Origin: Trueperaceae bacterium
GTDB taxonomy: Bacteria; Deinococcota; Deinococci; Deinococcales; Trueperaceae
DNA length: 64,000 nt
Direction: 5' to 3'
Assembly: GCA_965214405.1 (NCBI GenBank)
Contig: OZ243956.1
Coordinates: 224,001-288,000, forward strand
Positions 10,272 through 20,698 of this stretch are shown piece after piece; the stretch's first letter is position 1; each line of letters begins with the position of its first letter. Position numbers and translations under genes: made by a program. The notes under the pieces were generated by a model. It saw only the letters and a program-made list of their open reading frames with translations. It was not told where the DNA came from and did not search any database.

Positions 10272-10345
10272 GCACAACAACACGTTCCAGCGGACAGCGA
10301 AACCAAATAGAGACTTGGTTACGGCTGCACATCAACAGGTGACGC
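10272..10345 (+). repeat. Degenerate attC-like hairpin
   Basis: GCACAAC (R''-like), GTTCCAGC (L''-like), AACCAA/TTGGTT stem, GCTGCAC (L'-like), GTGACGC (degenerate R'). Confidence 0.4.
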
Positions 10346-10418
10346 AAGACGGGTGGCTTGACGGCAGACCTTACTTTGACCATTTTTTCAAGGGTAGCAA
10401 CTGTGCTACCCTTCTACC

Positions 10419-10664
10419 ATGAAACAGGTCAACTTGAAAAGCGACCGTGTTGCGCTTTTACTCGAGCAGCTCACCCAGCGAACGGGTGAAACGAAGGTCG
10501 AGGCCGTCACAAAGGCGCTCGAGGAACGCTTGAGAGAGCTCGAGGCGCAAGACCGCGCGGCGCGCACGCTCACCTGGCTGAGGACGACCGTCTGGCCGAA
10601 CCTTGAAACGCAGCGCGGCCGAGCGCCTTCTAAAGAAGAGCAAGAGGAACTGCTCGGCTTCTGA
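10419..10664 (+). CDS. vapB: VapB antitoxin (Rv0623-like RHH)
   Basis: VNLKS...LTQRTGETKVEAVTKALEERL; stop overlaps the vapC start. Confidence 0.8.
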   Translation: MKQVNLKSDRVALLLEQLTQRTGETKVEAVTKALEERLRELEAQDRAARTLTWLRTTVWPNLETQRGRAPSKEEQEELLGF

Positions 10665-11059
10665 TGGTCCTCGACAGCAGCGTCCTTCTTCAAATCCTTT
10701 TTGAGGAACCCGGTGCGGAAGAAGCCGTGCTCGCGTTGGGACGAGCGTCAAGCCTGTTGATGGCGTCGCCGACGCTGCTGGAGACGGAAATCGTCTACGG
10801 CTCGAGGCGGAGTTTCAATTCGGGCGAGGTCGCAGAGCTCGTCCTGCGCCTCGATGTCAGGCTGCACCCTTTTACGGCCGAGCACGCCGTAGAGGCGAGG
10901 CTGGCGTACGCGCGTTTTGGTGAAGGGCAAGGACACCCTGCGGGGCTGAACTTCGGCGACTGCGTGAGCTACGCCCTCGCCAAGGTCGCGGGGCGGCCGC
11001 TCGCGTTCAAGGGTGAAGACTTCACCTTAACGGACCTCGACGTCGTAAAGTTGGGTTAG
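10664..11059 (+). CDS. vapC: VapC PIN-domain toxin
   Basis: MVLDSS, HPAGLNFGDCVSYALA, FKGEDF. Confidence 0.92.
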   Translation: MVLDSSVLLQILFEEPGAEEAVLALGRASSLLMASPTLLETEIVYGSRRSFNSGEVAELVLRLDVRLHPFTAEHAVEARLAYARFGEGQGHPAGLNFGDCVSYALAKVAGRPLAFKGEDFTLTDLDVVKLG

Positions 11060-11091
11060 TTTGGCGTCATTTGTGTTTGTTGCGGATGTAC

Positions 11092-12333
11092 CTAACGGCT
11101 TTCGGTGTCGGTGCGGCGCTCGAGCCATCTCAAGACGCTCGAGGCCCCCAGGGTGAGCGCGATATAAATAATCGCGGCGGTGTTAAAGGGCGGGATGTTG
11201 TTGAGCCGCGCCGCCGCGAACTCGCGCGCCAAGCGGAAGATGTCGCCCGTGCCAATCACCGAGACGAGCGCGGTGTCTTTGAACATGGCGATAAACTCGT
11301 TGCCGAGGGGCGGAATGACAATCTTGAGCGCCTGCGGCAGGACGACGAAGCGGGCGACCTGCCCCCCCGAGAGCCCGAGCGCCTTGGCCGCTTCCCGCTG
11401 CCCCTTGGGCACGGCCTGGATACCCGCCCGAAAAATCTCCGCCATAAACGCCGCGTACGCGAAACCCACCGCCAAGGTGCCCCGCTGCAAGTCCCGTAAG
11501 AAACGGTTGTCGGGCTCGAACAGGAGCCCCAAACGGCCCAACTCGCCCGGCAACACCAGGCCGATAAAAACGATTAAAACGATCATAGGGATGCCGCGCA
11601 CGATGTCGATATAAAGTTCGGCGAAGATGGCTAGCGGGTGCTCGCCGCTCTGCCAGCTCGCAAAGGTCAGCAGCAAGACGATGACGCTTAGCGCCCCCCC
11701 GAAGGTGATGAGGTTAAGCCTCGAGGTCGGCAACACCGAGCTTTCCCACAGCACGCTCGCGCCCTCCGGCACCACCTCGAGCGGCACGAGCGCGCCCGTG
11801 TAGATTCCTGAAGCCACGCGGTCCAAGGCGGCTTGAGCGTCCGGCACCGCCCTAAAAGAGCGCTCCGGCGCGCCCTCTTCATAGGTGCCTGCGCGCACCG
11901 CGTCGCTTAGCGCGTCGGGCGTGCCGCTGACAATCGCAACCGTGCCCTCCGCCTCGCCGATAAGCGCGTACGCGTGGCGCGGCAGGAGCAGGAGCGCCCC
12001 GGCCGCCGCGCCAAGAAGCAGCCCGACGCCGAGGAAAACAAAAACGCTGCGCGGCCCCCCTTCCAAAAACTGCAAACCCGCGATCACCAAGCCCCAGGCA
12101 AACGCGAGCGTATAGGCCGTGAGCGTGAGCGCCACGGTCATGGCGATGCCGGGCAGGATAAAACGAAGCGCGTCTTGATAGGTGGCGTTAAAAATAAAGA
12201 GATAAACAAAAAGCGGAAACAACGCCAGTAAAACAAGGTAACTGGGCTTGATACGGCCCAGTAGTCTGCCGTAAGGGCGTGTCAGCCCCGTTTGCACGCT
12301 TTCCGAGAGGTCGGGTTTGGAAGAGGTTGACAT
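11092..12333 (-). CDS. Polar amino acid ABC transporter permease with an inserted soluble loop
   Basis: YIDIVRGIP, AEIFRAGIQAVPKGQREAA, KDTALVS. Confidence 0.88.
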   Translation of the reverse strand: MSTSSKPDLSESVQTGLTRPYGRLLGRIKPSYLVLLALFPLFVYLFIFNATYQDALRFILPGIAMTVALTLTAYTLAFAWGLVIAGLQFLEGGPRSVFVFLGVGLLLGAAAGALLLLPRHAYALIGEAEGTVAIVSGTPDALSDAVRAGTYEEGAPERSFRAVPDAQAALDRVASGIYTGALVPLEVVPEGASVLWESSVLPTSRLNLITFGGALSVIVLLLTFASWQSGEHPLAIFAELYIDIVRGIPMIVLIVFIGLVLPGELGRLGLLFEPDNRFLRDLQRGTLAVGFAYAAFMAEIFRAGIQAVPKGQREAAKALGLSGGQVARFVVLPQALKIVIPPLGNEFIAMFKDTALVSVIGTGDIFRLAREFAAARLNNIPPFNTAAIIYIALTLGASSVLRWLERRTDTESR

Positions 12334-12365
12334 AGAAAAGTTTACCCGAGTTGGTTACAAAAGAG

Positions 12366-12394
12366 AAACGCCCTACTTTGACCGTAGGGCGTTT
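12366..12394. terminator. Hairpin/terminator between the SBP and permease genes
   Basis: AAACGCCCTAC/GTAGGGCGTTT perfect inverted repeat. Confidence 0.65.
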
Positions 12395-12409
12395 TCTGAA
12401 TCCTTTGGT

Positions 12410-13192
12410 TTACTGGCCGCTCTCGGCGTCACCGAGGTTGTACTGGGCGCGGAGCTCGTCCAAGGTGCCGTCCTCTTGAATCATGTCGAGACCCGCGTTA
12501 AAAGCGTCGATAAGCTCGTCGCCCTCCTGGAACACAAAGCCCAACGGCTCGCCGTCGGAGAGCCCGCGGATATTGACCACGAGGTCGCCCGCGTACTGGC
12601 TTTCAAACTCCGCCGCGGTGATGTCGTCTAAAATCACGCCGTCCACATCACCCTGCAAAAGCGCTTGCACGGCGCTGTTGAAGTCGTCGTAGGAGACGGT
12701 GCGCGCTTCGCCGACGAGCTCGAGCGCCAAATTATAGTTCGTCGTGCCGAGCTGTGAACCGAGCAGGAGTTCGCTGCTTTCGGCGGTGAAATCTTCGGCG
12801 GTCAGTGCTTCGTTCTCGGTGGTGGTGGCAATCGCCTGCTGCACGTAGATGTACGGGTCGCTAAAGTCCGCCGTCTCGTCACGTTCATCGGTAATGGTGA
12901 CGCCCGAGGCTATCATGTCAAAGTCTTGAAAGGCTCCCGAGCCGATCGCCGCGACGAGACCGTCCCAGGCGTAGGTCTGGAAGTCCGCCTCGCAGTTGAT
13001 GCGCTCGCAAACCGCGTTGACCACGTCCACGTCGAAACCGACGATCTCGCCCGCGTCGTTGACCGTTTCAAAAGGCGGATACGTCGTGTCCGAGCCGACG
13101 ATGATGACCTGCCCGCCCAAATCCGGCGCGTCTTGGGCAGCGGCAAAGAGGGGAACGAAAATGAGGGTGAGGATAAAAAGCAATCTGTTCAT
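12410..13192 (-). CDS. Polar amino acid ABC transporter substrate-binding protein
   Basis: Signal peptide, YPPFE, GFDVD, TITDER family 3 motifs. Confidence 0.92.
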   Translation of the reverse strand: MNRLLFILTLIFVPLFAAAQDAPDLGGQVIIVGSDTTYPPFETVNDAGEIVGFDVDVVNAVCERINCEADFQTYAWDGLVAAIGSGAFQDFDMIASGVTITDERDETADFSDPYIYVQQAIATTTENEALTAEDFTAESSELLLGSQLGTTNYNLALELVGEARTVSYDDFNSAVQALLQGDVDGVILDDITAAEFESQYAGDLVVNIRGLSDGEPLGFVFQEGDELIDAFNAGLDMIQEDGTLDELRAQYNLGDAESGQ

Positions 13193-13539
13193 GGCGTCTC
13201 CTTTTTGAATTGAAACGGCGTCTCAAAACGTCGCGTTTTTAGGCGTGCTTACTCACTACTGTGAAGAACTTCACGTTAGAGCATACCCGAGGGCGCGCGG
13301 GGAGCGCAAGGGGAACCGTTCACCCGTTCTTTACGTTTGGGAGGGAAACGGCGTTGGTCTCACACACGTCACAGCTCGAGCGGCTAAACTGTGCTTTAAT
13401 TGTACTGGGTATAAAATTTTTTAAGAAGTCTAAAAAGACGGTCCCGACGTCCAATAAGATGTCCGATAAATGGTCTGGTAAGTGGCATTTTAATCATAGG
13501 TCTCGGCAACAGGTTCTAGTGCAGAGTTAGGAGCATTTT

Positions 13540-15474
13540 ATGACGATGGCGCGACATCCAGAACGCTCAACCGTCCCCAACGCGAGAGCCGTGCCTCACA
13601 AGCAAAGAATCCACACCGCGCCCTCTGAGAGTGGCGAGGCGGTGCTTGGTCGCACGCTGCCCTCGCTTCTCAATGAGGCGTGCGAGAAGTGGCCCAACCC
13701 AAAGGCACTTAACGAGCGTACCGAGGGCGGGTGGCGGTCTCTATCTACCCAGGACTTTAGGCGTCAGGCGCAAGAGGCGGCTTTGGGTTTGCTCGAGCTC
13801 GGCCTAAAGCGCGGCGACCGCGTACTTTTTTACACCCACAGCGACCTGTCGTTCTGCGGGCCCGACATGGCCTGCCTCACCGCCGGGCTCGTGAGCGTGC
13901 CTCTTTACTTAACGCATTCGGAAGGGGCGATTCGCCACATCTTGGGTGAGGCGGAGGCAAAAGCGTTGGTTGTGTCGGATGAGACACTTCTCGCGGAGAT
14001 TAAACCGCTGTTGGACGCGGCGCGGGGGCTGGAAACCGTCATCCTGATGTGTCCTAAGAACGGGGTTCTTGACGAAACAGAAACCCTCGAGCCCAATCTC
14101 ATCACCTGGGAGCGCGTACTCGAGCGGGGGCGCGCAGCTCATGAAGACATTATGGAAGCCGCCGCGCGCCTCGAGTCCCTCCTCTCCCCCGCCGACCTAG
14201 CCACACTCATCTACACCTCCGGCACCACGGGACGGCCCAAAGGCGTGATGCTCTCGCATGAAAACCTAAGCTACAACGTGCTCACCGCCTTTTCTGGTTT
14301 GCCGGACATCAAGCCAGGCGAGGAGGTGGCGCTCTCGTTCTTGCCGCTCACGCACGTGTTTGCTCGCGCACTCCACTACGGCTATGTGCAGCGCGGGGTG
14401 GCGGTCTATTTCGGCACGCCTGACAGCCTCCGCGAGGATTTACGCGAGGTCAAGCCGACGCTCTTCGCCTCGGTGCCGCGCGTGTTGGAAAAAGCGTACG
14501 AACGCATCCTGGCCGCGGGCGAGGCATTGACCGGCGTCAAGCGCGGGCTCTTCGACTGGGCCTTGGAGCTTGCCAAAACGTACGACGTGACGCGCGAACC
14601 CGCCGGGCGCTACGCCTGGCAACTCCGGCTGGCCGACCGGCTCGTCTTGTCCAAATGGCGCGAGGCGCTGGGGGGCCGGGTGCGCTATGTGATTGTGGGG
14701 GGCGCGGCCTTGCGGGGGAACCTTGTCAACGTGTTCGGCGCGGCCAAGGTGAACGTGCTGCAGGGCTACGGCCTCACCGAGACGAGCCCGGTCATCACCT
14801 ACAACCGCCCCAACTATAACCGCCCCGGCACGGTCGGCGTGCCCCTGCCCGGCGTAGAGGTGACGCTGAGCAAAGACGGTGAAATTCTAACGCGCGGCCC
14901 TCACGTCATGGGCGGCTACTACAAAAATCCCGACGCGACGGCAAAGGCGATTGACGCGGAAGGCTGGTTCCATACGGGCGACTTGGGCGCCTTTACCGAC
15001 GACGGCTTTCTCAGCATCACGGGCCGCGTCAAAAACATGTTCAAGCTCTCGACGGGCAAGTTTGTCATGCCGCAGCCCTTGGAGGCGAAGCTCGAGGCCG
15101 ACCCCCTCATCGAACACGCACTCGTGGTGGGCGACGGGGAAAAATACTGCGCCGCCCTTCTTTTCGTCAATAAAGAAGCCTTACAAAGTGCCGCGCGGCG
15201 CTGGAGAGATGAAGATGCGGGATTGGGGAGCGAAGAGGCTCGAGCCCACTTCAAAGACCTCATCAAGGCCGCCAACGCCGAGATGCCCCACTGGTCGCAG
15301 ATCAAAAAGGTCGCGCTTATCGAGGGAGACCTTACGATTGACAACGGCCTGTTGACGCCCACGCTCAAAGTGCGCCGCCCCAAGGTCTTGGAAGCCTACA
15401 AGGCGTATCTTGAAAGCATCTACCGGGGCGCGCCGCAGGGGACGCAGGGCGCGGTGCTCGAGATTGAAAGCTAG
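13540..15474 (+). CDS. Long-chain fatty acid--CoA ligase
   Basis: IYTSGTTGRPKG, QGYGLTE, WFHTGDLG, LTPTLK. Confidence 0.92.
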   Translation: MTMARHPERSTVPNARAVPHKQRIHTAPSESGEAVLGRTLPSLLNEACEKWPNPKALNERTEGGWRSLSTQDFRRQAQEAALGLLELGLKRGDRVLFYTHSDLSFCGPDMACLTAGLVSVPLYLTHSEGAIRHILGEAEAKALVVSDETLLAEIKPLLDAARGLETVILMCPKNGVLDETETLEPNLITWERVLERGRAAHEDIMEAAARLESLLSPADLATLIYTSGTTGRPKGVMLSHENLSYNVLTAFSGLPDIKPGEEVALSFLPLTHVFARALHYGYVQRGVAVYFGTPDSLREDLREVKPTLFASVPRVLEKAYERILAAGEALTGVKRGLFDWALELAKTYDVTREPAGRYAWQLRLADRLVLSKWREALGGRVRYVIVGGAALRGNLVNVFGAAKVNVLQGYGLTETSPVITYNRPNYNRPGTVGVPLPGVEVTLSKDGEILTRGPHVMGGYYKNPDATAKAIDAEGWFHTGDLGAFTDDGFLSITGRVKNMFKLSTGKFVMPQPLEAKLEADPLIEHALVVGDGEKYCAALLFVNKEALQSAARRWRDEDAGLGSEEARAHFKDLIKAANAEMPHWSQIKKVALIEGDLTIDNGLLTPTLKVRRPKVLEAYKAYLESIYRGAPQGTQGAVLEIES

Positions 15475-15489
15475 AAACGTTAAGGAGAC

Positions 15490-16845
15490 GTGATGATTAA
15501 AGACATGGGCCGGATGGCCGCGCTTATGGGTAAGCTCGACATGAAAAAAATTGACGAGCTTTCTCAAAAAGTAGACCTAAACGAACTGGTGAGCATGGTG
15601 GCGTCTTTGGACGAGGCCACACTTAAAAGCATGATGAAACTAGCGCAGCCCAAGAGCAAACCGCGCGCGCTGCCGCCCGTCAATGGTGACTTCTACGGCA
15701 TCTCGAGCCTCCTGACCGAGCGCCAGCGTGAGGTTGCGGCGCGGGTGCGCGCCTTTATGGAGCGCGAGGTGCAACCCATCATCAACGACTACTGGCAGCG
15801 CGACACCTTCCCCAAGGAACTGTTGCCCAAGTTCCGCGAGCTCGACCTCATCAAAGAAATCTTTGACGAGAACGGCGAGCGCACCCCCGACGCCTCGGTG
15901 ATTGAGGGCATTGCGACGATGGAGATGGCCCGGGTGGACGTGTCCACCGCGACCTTCTTCGGCGTTCACGCGGGGCTGGTGCTGAGTAGCCTCCTCGTCG
16001 GCGGTTCAGAAGAGCAGAAGCTCGAGTGGGTGCCCAAGCTGCAACGGATGGAGCTCATCGGCGCGTTCGCCTTGACCGAACCCAAGGTGGGTTCGGCGGT
16101 GGCGGGCGGTTTGACGACGACCTGCCGCCGTGAAGGTGATGACTGGATTCTCAACGGACAGAAAAAGTGGATCGGCAACGCAACCTTCGCCGACGTGGTG
16201 GTCGTGTGGGCGCGCGACGAGGCGGACGGGCAGGTCAAGGGCTTCTTGGTCACCACCGACAATACCGGTTACCGCGTCGAGAAGATGACGGGCAAAATCG
16301 CCCTGCGCGCCGTCGAGAACGGCCTCGTCACCCTCAGCGACTGCCGCGTGGAGGAGCGTAACCGCTTGCAGAACGCGCATTCTTTCCGCGACACCGCCGA
16401 CGTGCTGCGCATGACCCGCGCCGGGGTGGCCTGGCAGGGGGTGGGCTGCGCGATGGGGGCGTACGAGCGGTCACTCGAATACGCCCAGACCCGTGAGCAG
16501 TTCGGGCGCGCTATCGGCAACTTTCAGCTCATCCAGAACCACCTGGTTCATATGCTGGGCGACGTGACCTCGATGCAGACGATGTGCCTGAGACTTTCGC
16601 AGATGCAAGACGCGAGTGAAATGCGCGACGAGCACGCCGCCTTGGCAAAGGTCCACACCGCCGCGCGCTGCCGCGAGGTGGTCGCCAGGGCGAGGGAGCT
16701 TCACGGCGGCAACGGCATTTTGTTGGAGCACGACGTCGCCCGCTTTTTTAGCGACACCGAGGCCATTTACTCGTACGAAGGCACCAACGAGATCAACACG
16801 CTCGTCGTCGGGCGCGCCATCACTGGCTTTAGCGCGTTCGTTTGA
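15490..16845 (+). CDS. Acyl-CoA dehydrogenase (glutaryl-CoA dehydrogenase-like)
   Basis: [28 protein letters not shown]. Confidence 0.9.
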   Translation: MMIKDMGRMAALMGKLDMKKIDELSQKVDLNELVSMVASLDEATLKSMMKLAQPKSKPRALPPVNGDFYGISSLLTERQREVAARVRAFMEREVQPIINDYWQRDTFPKELLPKFRELDLIKEIFDENGERTPDASVIEGIATMEMARVDVSTATFFGVHAGLVLSSLLVGGSEEQKLEWVPKLQRMELIGAFALTEPKVGSAVAGGLTTTCRREGDDWILNGQKKWIGNATFADVVVVWARDEADGQVKGFLVTTDNTGYRVEKMTGKIALRAVENGLVTLSDCRVEERNRLQNAHSFRDTADVLRMTRAGVAWQGVGCAMGAYERSLEYAQTREQFGRAIGNFQLIQNHLVHMLGDVTSMQTMCLRLSQMQDASEMRDEHAALAKVHTAARCREVVARARELHGGNGILLEHDVARFFSDTEAIYSYEGTNEINTLVVGRAITGFSAFV

Positions 16846-16864
16846 GTTTCACCGGGCAACAAGA

Positions 16865-16893
16865 AAAGGGGAGCGCGTCAAGCGCTCCCCTTT
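16865..16893. terminator. Bidirectional intrinsic terminator
   Basis: AAAGGGGAGCGC/GCGCTCCCCTTT inverted repeat between convergent genes. Confidence 0.8.
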
Positions 16894-16916
16894 CGCAATG
16901 TTCTGTCTAAGTTCCT

Positions 16917-17123
16917 TTAAGAATCGCCTATCGTAAAGGAAACTTTTGCGTTGATGCGGTACTGGGTGATTTGGTTGTTCTCCACCACCGCCTGCATCTC
17001 TTTTACATAAATCGACTCGATGCCCCGCACCGACTTGGCGGCCTCGTCAAGCGCCACTTTTACGGCGTCGTCAAAGCTCGTCGGCGACTGCGCCAAAACT
17101 TCGATCACTTTTACAACGGACAT
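16917..17123 (-). CDS. Dodecin family protein
   Basis: 68 aa, KVIEVLAQSPTSFDDAV...YRINAKVSF. Confidence 0.9.
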   Translation of the reverse strand: MSVVKVIEVLAQSPTSFDDAVKVALDEAAKSVRGIESIYVKEMQAVVENNQITQYRINAKVSFTIGDS

Positions 17124-17379
17124 GGGTTCTCCCCTCCGGTTGAGGCGCGTACGCCTCCCCTTGTAAATGACAAACTTCCCGTGCTGCTTTACCCAAACAG
17201 CCTTCACGGTTTGTCCTCTGCATCCTAGAGGCTGCGTCTGGCTGGGTTATGTGACGCGGCCTGCAATCGGGCGTAACGGGCTTGGCGGTGGTGCTTACTC
17301 GTTCAAGCTCCACCACGTGTCTCAGGTGAAATCGTATAGAATGGCTCCGTACCACCGCACCTTCTCGGGGGGAAACGGC

Positions 17380-18027
17380 ATGGCGCTTTTCAAAAACCGC
17401 AGTGACGCGGGCGCGACGCTCGCGGCCAGGGTGGCGTCAGTTGGGTATGGCCCGGACGCGCTCGTTTTGGGCTTGCCAAGAGGCGGCGTGCCCGTCGCCT
17501 TTGAGGTGGCGGAGGCGCTGGGCGCGCCCTTGGATGTGTTTGTGGTGCGCAAGCTCGGCGTGCCGGGCCGCGAGGAGCTGGCGCTGGGGGCCATCGCCTC
17601 GAGCGGCGTGCGGGTGCTTAACGAGGACATCATCGACAGTTTGCGCATTTCAAAAGAGGACATCGCGCGCGTGGCCGAGCGGGAGGGGCTCGAGCTAACG
17701 CGGCGCGAACAGCTCTACCGCGGCGAGCGTCCCTTTCCCAATATGGAGGGTCGCACGGTCATCCTAGTGGACGACGGTCTCGCCACGGGCGCGAGCATGA
17801 GGGCGGCGGTGGCGGCCTTGCGGCAAAAGAAACCCGACCGTATCGCCGTCGCTGTGCCCGTGGCCGCGCCCGAGGTCTGCGCCGAGTTTAGGCGTGAGGT
17901 CGACGAGATTATCTGCCTGGAAACGCCGCAGCCCTTTTATGGGGTGGGGATGTGGTACGGCGCTTTTCCGCAAACGAGCGACGAAGAGGTGCGCGAGTTG
18001 CTGGGGCGGTCTTTGCAAAAAGGGTAG
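17380..18027 (+). CDS. Phosphoribosyltransferase family protein
   Basis: LPRGGVPVA, VRKLGVP, VILVDDGLATG. Confidence 0.9.
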   Translation: MALFKNRSDAGATLAARVASVGYGPDALVLGLPRGGVPVAFEVAEALGAPLDVFVVRKLGVPGREELALGAIASSGVRVLNEDIIDSLRISKEDIARVAEREGLELTRREQLYRGERPFPNMEGRTVILVDDGLATGASMRAAVAALRQKKPDRIAVAVPVAAPEVCAEFRREVDEIICLETPQPFYGVGMWYGAFPQTSDEEVRELLGRSLQKG

Positions 18028-18053
18028 AGACGACGCATGAATTTCGGGGGAAA

Positions 18054-19367
18054 ATGAGACGGAACGGGTTCGAAAACAGCGATGTACTGGCCCAAAGGGT
18101 ACGGGAACTTGCCCGGCCTCTGGAGGACGTGGGCGATCTGGAGCCGCTTTTAGAGCGCATCGGCAACGCCAAATACGTGCTCCTGGGCGAGGCCTCACAC
18201 GGGACTTCCGACTACTACACCTGGCGCGCGCGCCTGTCAAAGCGGCTGATTGAGGAGAAGGGCTTTTCGTTCGTGGCCGTCGAGGGCGACTGGCCCGATT
18301 GCACCCGCGTTAACCGCTTCGTTAAAAGCTTTGAGGGAAAAAGCGCACGGGAGACGCTTCACGCTTTTTCTCGCTGGCCCACCTGGATGTGGGCGAACTG
18401 GGAAGTCGTCGCCTTTACCGAGTGGCTGCGGGGGCACAACGAAGGGCTCTCCGATGATGACAAAGTGGGCTTTTACGGCCTCGACGTCTACAGCCTCTGG
18501 GAGTCGTTGGAGGCGGTGACGGATTACCTCAAGCGCACCAACCTGGGAGCTTTAGAGGCCGCCAAACGCGCCTACCGGTGCTTCGAGCCTTATCAAGAGG
18601 ACGCGCAAGACTACGCCCACGCCACCGCCTTTGTCCCAACCTCGTGCGAGGCCGAGGTGGTGGACCTGCTCACCACGCTGCGCCGCAACGTCAAGGCGGA
18701 TGAGGGCGACAGTGAAGCCCGTTTCAACGCCGAGCAGAACGCTCGCGTGGCGGTGGACGCCGAGCGTTACTACCGCGCCATGATTCGCGGCGGCCCCGAG
18801 TCGTGGAACATCCGCGACCATCATATGGTGGACACGCTGGAGAATTTGATAAAGCACCACGGTCCTGAATCTAAGGCAATTGTCTGGGAGCACAATACCC
18901 ACATCGGGGACGCTCGAGCCACCGACATGGCCGGGGCCGGTATGGTCAACGTCGGCCAACTCGTGCGCCAAAAATACGGTGATGAGAACGTGGTGCTCGT
19001 CGGCTTCGGCTCGTATGAGGGAAGCGTCATCGCGGGCCGAGCCTGGGACGCGCCGATGGAACGTATGCTCGTGCCGCCCGCTCGAGAGGGAAGCTGGGAA
19101 AGCGTGTTGCGCGAGGCCGGAGTGAGCAACGCCCTCTTTATCACCCGCGACCTGCAAGACGAGGCTTTTAGAACCCGCCGCGGCCACCGCGCCATCGGCG
19201 TGGTCTACAATCCCGCGCGTGAACGGTACGGCAACTATGTGCCGACGACGCTGCCGGAACGCTACGACGCGTTTTTGTACCTCGACAAGACCTCGGCGCT
19301 GCACCCGCTGCATATGGAGGAAACGACGCAGGGGGAGCCGTCCGAAACCTATCCGTGGGGGATGTAA
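18054..19367 (+). CDS. Erythromycin esterase family protein
   Basis: LLGEASHGT, VEGDWPD, WNIRD, WEHNTHIGDARAT. Confidence 0.9.
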   Translation: MRRNGFENSDVLAQRVRELARPLEDVGDLEPLLERIGNAKYVLLGEASHGTSDYYTWRARLSKRLIEEKGFSFVAVEGDWPDCTRVNRFVKSFEGKSARETLHAFSRWPTWMWANWEVVAFTEWLRGHNEGLSDDDKVGFYGLDVYSLWESLEAVTDYLKRTNLGALEAAKRAYRCFEPYQEDAQDYAHATAFVPTSCEAEVVDLLTTLRRNVKADEGDSEARFNAEQNARVAVDAERYYRAMIRGGPESWNIRDHHMVDTLENLIKHHGPESKAIVWEHNTHIGDARATDMAGAGMVNVGQLVRQKYGDENVVLVGFGSYEGSVIAGRAWDAPMERMLVPPAREGSWESVLREAGVSNALFITRDLQDEAFRTRRGHRAIGVVYNPARERYGNYVPTTLPERYDAFLYLDKTSALHPLHMEETTQGEPSETYPWGM

Positions 19368-19419
19368 TGAAAAGGGCGCTTTATAAAGCGCCCTTGTACA
19401 CTCTTGTAGCTGCTCCGTT

Positions 19420-20532
19420 CTACGCGGGAACGGCACCTCGCAGAGTTTCCATCAAGCTATCAAAAGGCTTGACGAACTTCTCGACGCCCTCTTCTTCCAA
19501 GGCTTGCGTGATTTCGTCTATGTCGATACCCGCTTCGGGCAAACGGGCCATGATGCGCTCTGCGCCGCCTAAGTCCTCCTCGAGCCGCGCCGCCGGGCGT
19601 CCGTGGTCGCGGTAGGCGTCCATCGTCTCGGGCGGCATGGTGTTAATCGTGTCGGGGCCAATTAACGCCTCCACGTACTTCACGTCGCTAAATTCGGGAT
19701 CTTTGGTGCTGGTGCTCGCCCAGAGGACGCGCTGGGTTTTTGCGCCGAGAGACTCGAGCTTCTTGAAGCGCTCCGAGCCGAAAACTTCTTTATAAATTTC
19801 ATACGCAAGCTTTGCGTTGGCAATTGCCACCTCGCCGCGGAGTTCTTTGGCGACCTCGGCTTTGTGGCCCCCCTCTTGAACGGCAGCGTCGAGTTTTTTA
19901 TCGACCATCACGTCGATGCGGCTGAGGAAAAATGAGGCAACCGAGGTAACGTGTGTTAAGTCTTCATCTCTCGCCGCGCGCTTTTCCAAGCCCTCCACAT
20001 AAGCTTCAGCGACCGCGCGGTAGCGCGGCAAACCAAAGAGGAGCGTCACGTTGACGTTGATGCCCTCGTCGATAAGCTGCGTGATGGCGGGCAGTCCCGC
20101 CTCGGTGCCGGGCACCTTGATAAAGACGTTGGGGCGCTCCAACTTGCCCCACAGACGCCGCGCCTCCTCGACCGTCGCCTCGGTGTCGTGCGCCATGCGG
20201 GGCGAGACTTCGAGGCTCACGAAGCCGTACTTGCCGTCCGACTCGTCGTAAAGAGGCCGGAGCACGTCGGCGGCGCGCTGGATGTCGTCGATGACGATGG
20301 CGTCGTAGATGGCATCTACGTCCTTGCCCTCGCCTGACAGGTCGCGGATGACGTCGTCGTAGTCGCTACTGTCGGCGATCGCCTTTTGGAAAATCGCCGG
20401 GTTCGAGGTGACGCCGCGCAGGCCGTCGCGCTCGACCATCGTGGTGAGTTCGCCGCGCTCGAGCATCCCGCGGCTGATTTCGTCCAAATAGACCGACTGG
20501 CCGAAGTCCTGAAGTTTCTTGAGTGGGTTCAT
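19420..20532 (-). CDS. tal: Transaldolase
   Basis: GVTSNPAIF, IKVPGT, NVTLLF, SFFLSRID, LWASTSTK. Confidence 0.95.
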   Translation of the reverse strand: MNPLKKLQDFGQSVYLDEISRGMLERGELTTMVERDGLRGVTSNPAIFQKAIADSSDYDDVIRDLSGEGKDVDAIYDAIVIDDIQRAADVLRPLYDESDGKYGFVSLEVSPRMAHDTEATVEEARRLWGKLERPNVFIKVPGTEAGLPAITQLIDEGINVNVTLLFGLPRYRAVAEAYVEGLEKRAARDEDLTHVTSVASFFLSRIDVMVDKKLDAAVQEGGHKAEVAKELRGEVAIANAKLAYEIYKEVFGSERFKKLESLGAKTQRVLWASTSTKDPEFSDVKYVEALIGPDTINTMPPETMDAYRDHGRPAARLEEDLGGAERIMARLPEAGIDIDEITQALEEEGVEKFVKPFDSLMETLRGAVPA

Positions 20533-20698
20533 GTTCTCCTCCTTGAAAATGCCTTAGCCTCTAATCAGCTCTAGGATAGGCGTCTCCGGAGAAAATGTCC
20601 ATAGAGCTCACTACGGTTTGGGGTGGGCGACCTTGCAGCCAGTAGTGAGTGGATAGTGATGAGAGCTTAGAAAAGCGGTAAGTCACCCCTATGAATCC

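Noticed and set aside
18054..19367. Macrolide resistance gene
   Set aside because: Belongs to the widespread PRTase-associated erythromycin-esterase-like family; resistance cannot be inferred from the motifs.
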